A DNA stretch of 63,705 nt, the filler included, from Phoronis australis (taxonomy: Eukaryota; Animalia; Phoronida): NCBI GenBank assembly GCA_002633005.1. It is 5 parts of 5 records of this genome, joined end to end, with 100 filler letters (N's around TTAATTAATTAA, not from the genome) between each part and the next. Parts side by side here need not be neighbours in the genome. Positions count along the whole stretch, not along the records: positions 53,370 to 57,036 come from NMRA01002184.1; positions 57,137 to 61,662 come from NMRA01002562.1; positions 61,763 to 63,705 come from NMRA01003902.1; 2 more parts are not named here. One strand, 5' to 3'. The notes below the pieces were generated by a model. That model did no database searches. It saw only the letters and a program-made list of their open reading frames with translations, and was not told where the DNA came from. This document shows positions 54,461 to 63,705 of the stretch, one piece after another; position 1 is the stretch's first letter, and every line of letters begins with the position of its first letter. The position numbers were made by a program, and so were the translations under genes.

Positions 54461-54611
54461 GTATTATGGAGTGATAGAAAGTGGGTTGTTTAAAATGATC
54501 GTGGTTGATGCAAGAACTGTATCACTGCAAACACAGTGATTGTTTTGTAGGAGCAATCTCATAAAGGAAAGTGCTCGGAAGAGCGACACTGGGGAAAATT
54601 GACTGACCAGA

Positions 54612-54690
54612 CGACAATGGAAATGATGATGACAATGATGATGATGACAATGATGATGATGAATGTGGCAATGATGAACATGATGATAAT
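54612..54690. repeat. Imperfect (GAT/ACAATG) microsatellite
   Basis: atgatgatgacaatgatgatgatgacaatgatgatgatg. Confidence 0.8.
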
Positions 54691-55832
54691 ATTCATATGA
54701 CGAATGAAAATGTCAGAAATTAGTAAGAAATCAGCTATAGTCTTGTTCAACAGAAGGTAAACCAACAAAAGTGCGGCAAAATTAGTCAACAAAGGAACAG
54801 CGTTATCAGGAAATCTCAAATAATTCGAAAAGTATATGTCGTTGTGAAAAATGGAAAACATCGTCTGAACTGTAGTTCCACACAATTGCCTGAAGTTTTC
54901 GAAAAATTTCAAAATTTGCATTTTTTGAAATTGAAAGTCAAACATCTCAAAAACGGCAAATCTTAATAAAAATTTTAGAGGTCGTTTGAAAAAGGGCACC
55001 TCAGAGAACCCATATGTAAAAATTCACGTCATTTGCTCTTAGTGTTCAAAACAGAACCCCAACACCATTGAAAATGGGTGAAAATGCGGCAGATCTGCCA
55101 TCTTGAAAGCAACTTCACTTGATAATAGCTGGTCCCAGGAAACTAAGTTGTGTAATATTTCGAAGCAGGACAAAACATTTTCGTCCTGAAATCGAGGTGC
55201 ACATGCGAAATGGTCGATATTTCTGCAATCTTTGACCGGACGTAAATAATTTCCTGCAAATCTGAAGTACATGTCTGATACAATATTCGTACTGATTTTG
55301 AATTGCATACGTCAAAAATTGGAGTCTCTATGAGCATTTGAATCTGAATTTGCTGCCACGTCCGCCATTTTGAAACTGGTTATGGCGAAAAACAATAGGC
55401 TTCCAGTACTTCCGGGACTACAGGTTCTATGTGAATTTCGTTTGAATCAGACGTAAAATGCGACCTGTAGAGTGATGTCAGAGCAACATATTTGGTGAAA
55501 TTTCAATTTTCACCAAGTAATGAGCAGTCTGGGAATAAACGTAGATAACTAATATGAGAAATCTTTATGAAGTTTCTTTACTTTCATGCTTCCGGTTTTA
55601 TTATTTAAGCAATAAATCAATATAAATGATGAGTCTGAAACAGGAGACACAGGTGCGTCGTATTCAGTAGTGCCATCTTGTGGTTTGATCAGCAGACATA
55701 CAATGACAGAACATGTGTGACTTTTATATTTTGTCCAGTTTGTTAGTACAGTTCTTTGTTTTTCATTTCACATGTTCAGTAATTACGGTAAAATTTCACC
55801 GTCTCAGACAAAAGTACATGCCAAAATTGCCC

Positions 55833-56645
55833 TTTTTATGTGCCCACATAATATGTATATTGTGGTCGTATACTGTCGTCACTTTGTCTGGGTGTCCTCT
55901 CAATTTCTCAAAAACCCTGGTCGGATTTTGATGAAATTTGGCTTAAGGGTGAAGGGCATCTCTAGTAAAGTTCATGCCACTTTTCAACTTGCCCCACACC
56001 CTGGGGTGAGGAGGCTTGACTTCTTTGTGTTTGTGGGAGAAGAACGTTTTTACGGATATCTGGAGAACAGATTGACAGATTTCAATGAGACTTGACACAA
56101 AGGTGTTAGATATCAATGTGCCAGCAGGATTAAATTTTTGGGTGGAAACTTGCCATAGATTCTGCCGTCACCATTTGATTTTCAGGCAGATTTGTCAACT
56201 GAAGTGCTTCCTAGTAGCCATTTTGTGTGTGAGTGTTTCCGGATGATATTTAGAGAACTGAGTGAAGGATTTCAATGAAAGTTGACGCAGAGGTTTGTGA
56301 TGTCAATGTGGCAGTATCATTAAATTTTTGGGCAGATTTGAAAACTGTAGCACTTATTGACTATTTTGTTTTTGACATGGGCTTTTGAAGTGTTTTTTGG
56401 AGGAAGAAAGTTTCCGGATTATATCTGGAGAGCCGATAGATAGATTTCATTGAAGCTTGACACAGAGGTATATTAGGACATTACACCGGCACCACTTGAT
56501 TATTTTTCCTGATTCGGCAACTGCAGCGCCTTCTGTTAGCCATTTTGTGTGAGGGCTATTCCGAGTGATGTGTAGAGAACTGAATGAAGGATTTCAGTGA
56601 AAGTTGACACAGAGATTCGTTTGGGCAATGTGGTGGCACCATTAA
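55833..56645 (+). mobile_element. DINE-1/HINE-like element, different subfamily, partial
   Basis: ttttttatgtgcccaca...tgtggtcgtata 5' end; tandem subunits ggatatctggagaac...gatttcaatgaaagttgacacag. Confidence 0.6.
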
Positions 56646-57036
56646 GATTCCTGGGCCCGGTCTCCAATCTCCGTACTCAGACTCATACTCATACTCGAGA
56701 TTTCATACTCAAAATCGTGCTCACTGGAGTCGTACTCAAAAAAGCGTATCTAATGTCGGATTTCGAGTAGACTCCAAACGTACTCAAATCTGACACTCAT
56801 ACTCGAGTTGCTATGGAACTCTTTATGATGTGAAATTCAAAATCACGCAAAGTCGCGCTGATTCATCGCTTCCTATTGGAATAGACCACCCCAAGAACTA
56901 GGCCTACATTATCGTCTGCTGTCGCTACAACTACAAGAGTATGTCTATAACGTGGAATTTTGAGTGTTCTGTAACTGTTATTCATTTTTTAGTTTCAATA
57001 AATATTCTTATGCCATTTCTTTGATACACTTGGCAA

Positions 57037-57136
57037 NNNNNNNNNNNNNNNNNNNNNNNNNNNNNNNNNNNNNNNNNNNNTTAATTAATTAANNNNNNNN
57101 NNNNNNNNNNNNNNNNNNNNNNNNNNNNNNNNNNNN
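57037..57136. other. Artificial contig linker
   Basis: N44-TTAATTAATTAA-N44. Confidence 0.95.
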
Positions 57137-57608
57137 ACAAGCAATGACAACAATGATACACGGCATCCGTAGTCATTAACAGTTAGTGACTAACAAAAGT
57201 TGTTTTGCCAATACTTCATTGTCAAGAATTGTACGATGACACTTGGCTTACCTCAAAATCCAACTGCTGCCTGGTGGTTTGGTAATTGGCCTAATTATGC
57301 TGCACACCCCGCAGAAGTAATAAAGAACATATCACTGCAACATTAAACGAGCTTTTTATGTTATGAAAGGCACATTTCTAGTCCGATTTACAAAATTCAA
57401 AAGCTTTATTACGATTGCTTTGCACAAACAGTTGAAATTTTCTATATACAAACTTTCAGCTCCAAAATACGAAAATACTACTGGCTCCTCCTACGTGTTC
57501 TTAATTATTTCATAATCTAGAGAACGATAACATCGGCACCCTGGAGCGATTTGATAAACCACAACAGCATGGTGTTTCATTTTAATCTCAACCTCCAAAT
57601 TCCATGGT

Positions 57609-59275
57609 GCGCAAAACTGTCGATTTGCCCAATCTCGACCAGTTAGGAAATGAACGTAAGATTGTTTTCATGAAACGTTTCATGCTGATGAAAAAATCCT
57701 TTAGATTTAATCCGTTCAATGGTTTTTAGGTCTTTCAATTAATCTTTCATCGCTCTTTGTCTGCGATACAAGGCGCAAAGAAATAAGATCACAGAAAAAC
57801 AAGTTTACACGCTGTTCCTAGTAGTTTTATTGCTCTTTTATATTGTGCCACTTCAGATTATTCTGCAAGATGATACAGAGGTCGATTTAGCGGCCTGCTG
57901 CACGCCTAAGCAACCTAGATTTTTATTTGGCGATCTGGTAAATATCTGCCTATTCGCCACGAACCTCAACCAATTCAGAAGAAGTTAGACAAATAAGTAC
58001 TTACCTGTAATTCCGTTAAAAATTTGTGATAACTTACGAAAAAGTCGAGCCACCCAACACGTGCTCTTGGTTACGGTCCTGCATTGGCATCTTGACAAGT
58101 TTATTCACAGTAGATTAATATATTTCTGTCATTAACGTGATGAAAGCTCCAAAAGTTGTTGCAATATTGATAGTGTTTTACATTCCATGAAGTTGGTCCT
58201 GTCAATCTCACCGTCCAGACAACTAGTGGTCGATTCAGCGAGGGATTCACAGCATTAACCGTGTTCACCGGAGTTCCAGTTAGTGTCACGTGCGTCACCG
58301 ACAGTGCATACGGAAACGTCTCCCTCGACTTGGCTCAAAAACAGATTGCAATTAATTTAATAACACCCACAGTTCGAGAACAGGGGGTTTTTGGCGGTAC
58401 NGCGCAAAACTATCGATTTGCCCAATCTCGACCAGTTAGGAAATCCACGTAAGATTCTTTTCATGAAACGTTTCATGCAGATGAAAAAATGCTTTTAGAT
58501 TTAATCTGTTCAGTGGTTTTTAGATCTTTCAAATCTCTCATAGGTCTTAGTCTGCGATACATTCGCAAAGAAATAAACCCAACACAGATCACAGAAAAAA
58601 AGTTTACACGCTGTTCCTAGTGGTTTTATTACTCTTTTACAGTGTATATTGTGCAACGTAACACTATTTCAGACGCTTATACATGTAAATATCTCCCATT
58701 CAAAATTCACAATTTCTGCTTGCCGCTTCCGATTATTCTGGAAGGTGATACAGAGGTCGATTTAGCGGCCTGATGCACGCCTAAGCAACCTAGATTTTTA
58801 TTTGTCGATCTGGTAAATATCTGCCTAGTCGCCACGAACCTCAACCAATTCAGAAGAAGTTAGACAAATAAGTACTTACCTGTAATTCCGTTAAAAATTT
58901 GTGATAACTCACGAAAAAGTCGAACCACCCAACACGTGCTCTTGGTTACGGTCCTGCATTGGCATCTTGACAAGTTTATTCACAGTAGATTAATATATTT
59001 CTGTCATTAACGTGATGAAAGCTCCAAAAGTTTTTGCAATATTGATAGTGTTTTACATTTCATGAAGTTGGTCCTGTCAATCTCACCGTCCTGACAACTA
59101 GTGGTCGATTCAGCGAGGGATTCACAGTATTAACCGTGTTCACCGGAGTTCCAGTTAGTGTCACGTGCGTCACCGACAGTGCATATGGAAACGTCTCTCT
59201 CGACTTGGCTCAAGAACAGATTGCAATTAATTTAATAACACCCACAGTTCGAGAACAGGGGGTTTTTGGCGGTAC
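57609..59275. repeat. Tandem near-identical duplication (57609-58400 vs 58402-59275) split by a single N; probable haplotype overlap
   Basis: Both copies start gcgcaaaact.tcgatttgccc and end ...ttttggcggtac; the first includes a truncated copy (58193-58400) of the Ig exon. Confidence 0.85.
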
Positions 59276-59403
59276 AGTGTTCAAACGAAGTATTACTTTC
59301 ACGCCGAACCGGACTGTAAACACAGCTACCTTGTCGTGTACATCAAGAAATGTGAATGTCCAAAACTCCACCTTGACACGAAACATCTCAATATACGTCA
59401 TTG
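59068..59403 (+). CDS. Ig-like (C2-set/nephrin-type) domain exon
   Basis: 336 bp, phase 1-1; VSVTC...SITFTPNR...ATLSC...ISIYV; aag acceptor, gtaagg donor. Confidence 0.78.
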
Positions 59404-60464
59404 GTAAGGTCATTAAATTGTGAATATGCAAATGAATTACTAAGTTATAAACGACACACCAATACATCCAGTGTGCCGGAAGCCCTCCGAGTACCTTTAC
59501 AATCTCGCAAAAGTCTCGTTTTGCGAGATAATTTTATGCAAATGAGTATGTTGATATTTCATCGTTAACCTGATGACAGTGGACACACAGTTTTTATTAT
59601 TTGTTTAATTCAATATTAAATAAAGATTACGTAATGTTTGGAATTGCTAGGGTTGTTCATATGTTCACTTTGGTTTTTAACTGTATCAGTTATGGTGCTT
59701 TCCTGGAAACCGCAATTTATTTACACATTGTTTCTTTTCCTGATTATAATTGTACATACAGTTCTCCAAGAAGTTGCTAGGTGACGATTGCTAAAAATTT
59801 GAATATTCACGGTTTAATGATCGTGTATCACCGAATGTATTTTGAGATTGGGAGAGGACTGAGCTTAATCGGAACAACTTTTGATTTCGTCTTTTCGAGG
59901 ACGTACTAGTAACCCAATATCGGATTACTTAAGAAGTGTTCGGTAAAGTCACTCAAAGGGAATGCGTATGGCATTGTACAATGCAAAGCACTCGAAACCG
60001 AGTTGGAAACCGATGGACTAGTCTTACATCTTTGGTGTTGAATGGTGATTTTAGTTATTCAAAGAGGTCATAAACACCCGCTTCTACTAAGATGCGCCGC
60101 AAAATTGATATCCCCTTACTCCTTACTCAAGTGACAAAAGATTTAATTTCTGTTTTACAAACGATTTTTATTTCATTATTCCATCAGATAATGTTCGACG
60201 CATACAATTACCCGCCGTGGCTTGCAAACTTTTAGAGCCCGGTCTCAAACTATGACGAAGTGTCAGTTCTTTTCATGTCTTGGAATATTTCGACAAAGAA
60301 ACAGTTTTGAGATCCATTTTGAACCAGAACGTTGTTCAAACAAAAAAGTGCTTTTGTGATACGTGGTGAGTTTAGTGCCGTTTTAAGAATCACTTGACAT
60401 TCATTTTGTATTTGTTATCTTATGCTTAAATGTTTGTTCATGCATGACCATGACCGTTTTTAAG

Positions 60465-60797
60465 GGGGGCCTACAAGTCTCACAGTTTTTGACATTGGCG
60501 ACGTCAACAGGACTGCGTTTAACGTTGTGGAAGGTTCAACATACTCACTGACCTGTGTTACCGATCACGTATATCCAAATGCGTCCATGACGTGGTTGTA
60601 CCCCAATGATCTTTGGGTTCAACAGCCATTTGCGCAAATGGCTGCAACAAAGTCATCCTACAACGGATATCGCATCTCGAGAAGTCTCACATTCTGTCCT
60701 CGTCCACGGCACAACGGTGGGCAATTGACTTGTCGGGCTTACAACGTTGATGACTCAACAATGTGGAAAGAAGTAAACATCACGACGGTAGTCTACT
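60465..60797 (+). CDS. Ig-like (C2-set/nephrin-type) domain exon
   Basis: 333 bp, phase 1-1; VEGSTYSLTC...YPNASMTW...SLTFCPRPRHNGGQLTCRAYN...VVY; tttttaag acceptor, gtgagt donor. Confidence 0.85.
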
Positions 60798-61662
60798 GTG
60801 AGTTTCCTCGTGCAGCTTTGATATTAATTTTGCGCTATGCAGTTGTAAGGAGTTTACTAATTTATTCCAAACATTTGATGGCTGAAGAGGATTACAAACT
60901 ATTTAGCATTACATTATAGTAAAACGTAAGCAGGAACACTCTTTAGTTTCTGTTATTAGACCAACACCATGTTCTGTATTTCTTGGAATATAGACTCCGA
61001 GAAAAACCATCAGGGGTCCGTTTCATGATATTTTCTTTATCTGAGAAACTCTAAATGACGTCTCATTAACAACATTTTAAGTACAATTGGTATTTTCTTT
61101 ACTTAAGGTATGGCTGGAAAATAGGATAGAATAGAATGGAATAGAGCAGACTTTAATTTGGTTTAAAAGACCTCCGGCCCACAACCATAGTTCAACAGAT
61201 ACGCACTGAATTTATAACCGAGTAGCTTTTGATATAAATTTTGCAAAACTTTACAAAAGCTGAACAGACTAGTCTTGAAGAATGTCTCAACCGAATCATT
61301 TATATAAGTACGCTGCAGATAACAATTCCTTAGATCTTACAAGACTGAGCAATAAAGAGTGATTATCCGTCTTCATCCCATTTGTATTACAAATATAACA
61401 TTCCTTTGTTCACGTGATACATTGTTTCTTCTCTCAATTTTGATTGCGCTGAGCATCTAATATTAGCAATGGCAAATATTTGCTTTAAAATCAAATGTCA
61501 ACATAGGTATTTTTCGCATAATAAACTGGTTTTGAATATTCTATTAAAATTACATTTGTTTATGTGATCCACGCTTTCCAGTCACCTCTGTAGATTCACG
61601 TCTGTTAGTCTTTGCTTGAACTCTGACAAAAACAACGATTTATCTCTAACCTCTTGGTGTAA

Positions 61663-61762
61663 NNNNNNNNNNNNNNNNNNNNNNNNNNNNNNNNNNNNNN
61701 NNNNNNTTAATTAATTAANNNNNNNNNNNNNNNNNNNNNNNNNNNNNNNNNNNNNNNNNNNN
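61663..61762. other. Artificial contig linker
   Basis: N44-TTAATTAATTAA-N44. Confidence 0.95.
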
Positions 61763-62378
61763 GCTCGTATTTACCTTTACCATACAACGACGAGTACAGA
61801 AATATTGGAATCATGACTATGAAGGAGACGATCCAAACGCAACCAACTGTTATGTAAGACACCATTTTGCTTCGTAAGTGCAACTTCATGGGATAGCACA
61901 CGGCTAAGTATCTGTCGGCACTTAATACGCAAATAAAAAACACGCCGGTGAATATGTTGATTCCGAATGAACAGTAAAATAACTTACACATAACTTCCCC
62001 AAAAATCCAATAACCCAAACGGTAACTCAGAAGTGAAAATGGCAGGCCAGCCAGAAAGATTGTATCAGCTAACGCTAAGTTTAGAATGTACGTATTTGTA
62101 ACAGTTTTCATTTTTGGAAATCTCAAGACTACGAAAATGACCAGTCCGTTTCCAACAGTTCCAAAAGTGTACACCAACGAATAGAAAACTGTCAAAACAG
62201 TGTTAAGGTGGACTTTTGTTTGTTCGTGTATGTCATGTTCGCCTGGAGATGATGTAGCATTCGCCAATGTCGAGGTCGTGTTGACGGTATGACTGCAGTA
62301 GGCATCGCCGCACGTATTTAGCGGAAGTAAGTCCGACGTGGACACCTCTGCAACTGTGGTGTTGACGTAGCTCAACAT
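61763..62378 (-). CDS. Class A GPCR, somatostatin/allatostatin-C receptor-like, N-terminus to TM4 (truncated by linker)
   Basis: GNGLVIFVVLRFPKMKTVTNTYILNLALAD, WIFGEVMCK, GINIFTG, SADRYLAVCYP; ATG directly follows a tttgtttcag acceptor; N-glycosylation sequons in the N-terminus. Confidence 0.9.
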
Positions 62379-62439
62379 CTGAAACAAAGAGACTGAAACT
62401 TGTCACATTATCAGCTTAGCTCCGGAGAAACGCATTTTG

Positions 62440-62690
62440 GGGATTATTGTTGGATGGGGCAGACTTGTTGAAGTTATTATTGGTGGATGGGACAGACTTG
62501 TTGAAGTTATTATTGATGGACAGGACAGACTTGTTGAATTTATTATTGANGACTTGTTGAAGTTATTATTGGTGGATGGGACAGACTTGTTGAAGTTATT
62601 ATTGATGGACAGGACAGACTTGTTGAAGTTATTATTTTTGGATGGGACAGACTTGTTGAAGTTATTATTGATGGTTGAGATAGATTTCTT
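62440..62690. repeat. 33-bp minisatellite just upstream of the GPCR acceptor
   Basis: gacagacttgttgaagttattattggtggatgg, about 7 copies. Confidence 0.9.
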
Positions 62691-63705
62691 GAATGTATTA
62701 CTTTGACCTGAGCTGCAAAACAACAAAATTCATTTTTTTCGTGATTTGATTACCAATCGCATATCTTCGTCGCTGTCAGCTTGACATTTATTGGAATTAG
62801 TTAGATAGGTAATGAAAATTCAGTTCCCAGTGTAACTTGAAATTTTAAGAACTTGGTCTGAAGAAATAGTGAACTGTCAAATAACTTCTTTCCAAGCCGC
62901 GAAACCACCACCAATTTGACAAAAGGACAAATTGAGACAAATTTCATCATAGTAAGTGGTCAAAATAATTTTTGGGATGTTAAGAAGGATTATAGCTGCT
63001 TTAAAATTATCTGAATAATAGAGTTTGGAAATTTGTCAATTGTCATTTATCTAGTGGTGTTTTGCTCCACCAGCAAGGCGTTGAACAGCGACGGCTAAGA
63101 TATAGTTTTATGGGTCTAAATTGGCGCTTAAATAGTTATTCGTAAAAAGGTAGCCATGACGCCAGAAAACGAATACAAGTGTACTGTGCTATAGTAGCCC
63201 ACAGTGTGTCAAGTGTATTGAGCTATTGTAGCTCACAGTGTGTCGAGTGCATATTCTTCTTACGACGGAATTTATTGGAACATTTTTTCCAATAATAATT
63301 GACCCTTCAAGCGGTTTGATGACGGATAGAGAGGAGTAAAGCCAAAACACAAAAATATATGCAATATAATGCAAGGCGTCGAAATGTTCACACGACTGCA
63401 TTTCAAATGAAATGCTTATACAGGTGTTTATTACAGGCATAGAATAGCCATGAGATTTCGTAGAATACGTCGAACTATTACAAAAATGAGAAGGCGTCGT
63501 TTTCCTCGTAATAGAAACCACCTATCTGTCAAATTTGATGCGCTATTATTTGTGTACTTTTTTCGTACGTACACTTTGGTGTCTCCTCTTCCGGTTGCTG
63601 TTCGACGAAATACAGACGTTCATGTAAGCGCAAAAGGTACCCGCTCATCCAAAACCTTTACGGCAAACAGATGGCGCTGGATGCAATGATGCTTTACTAA
63701 CAGGC

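Noticed and set aside
54559-54999. 146-aa hydrophobic ORF on the minus strand
   Set aside because: The Ile-rich tract is the translation of a (GAT)n microsatellite inside a RABGEF1 intron.
57664-57700. GAAAC...CTGATGA motifs suggesting a hammerhead
   Set aside because: It is a simple palindrome (catgaaacgtttcatg) with no stem I or II, and the duplicate copy reads cagatga.
62403-62726. Repetitive ORFs on both strands
   Set aside because: Products of the 33-bp minisatellite; include an N and a frame change.

Overview
Eukaryotic (marine-invertebrate-like, AT-rich, intron-rich) genomic DNA made of five pieces joined by artificial 100-bp linkers (N44-TTAATTAATTAA-N44 at 27046, 53270, 57037, 61663), so gene order across linkers is not real. 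Piece 1 (1-27045): most of a PRMT1 protein arginine methyltransferase gene (+), whose THW-loop exon is present as two divergent, intact, phase-incompatible 122-bp copies (candidate mutually exclusive exons); a ubiquitin-specific-protease His-box exon inside a PRMT1 intron; an uncharacterised two-exon gene; and a GC-rich 57/39-bp minisatellite. Piece 2 (27146-53269): a Penelope-like retroelement relic with a minimal hammerhead ribozyme, an ATMIN/ASCIZ zinc-finger gene (+) loaded with DINE-1/Helentron-type elements carrying CTCF-like motif arrays, LINE fragments, a decayed spliced DNA-transposon-like gene, an RLE-type retrotransposon 3' end with a candidate hammerhead of non-canonical strand order, and a solo LTR. 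Piece 3: first coding exon of RABGEF1. Piece 4: Ig-domain exons. Piece 5: 5' part of a somatostatin/allatostatin-C-type GPCR (-). All calls come from reading the sequence by eye; no searches or folding programs were run.
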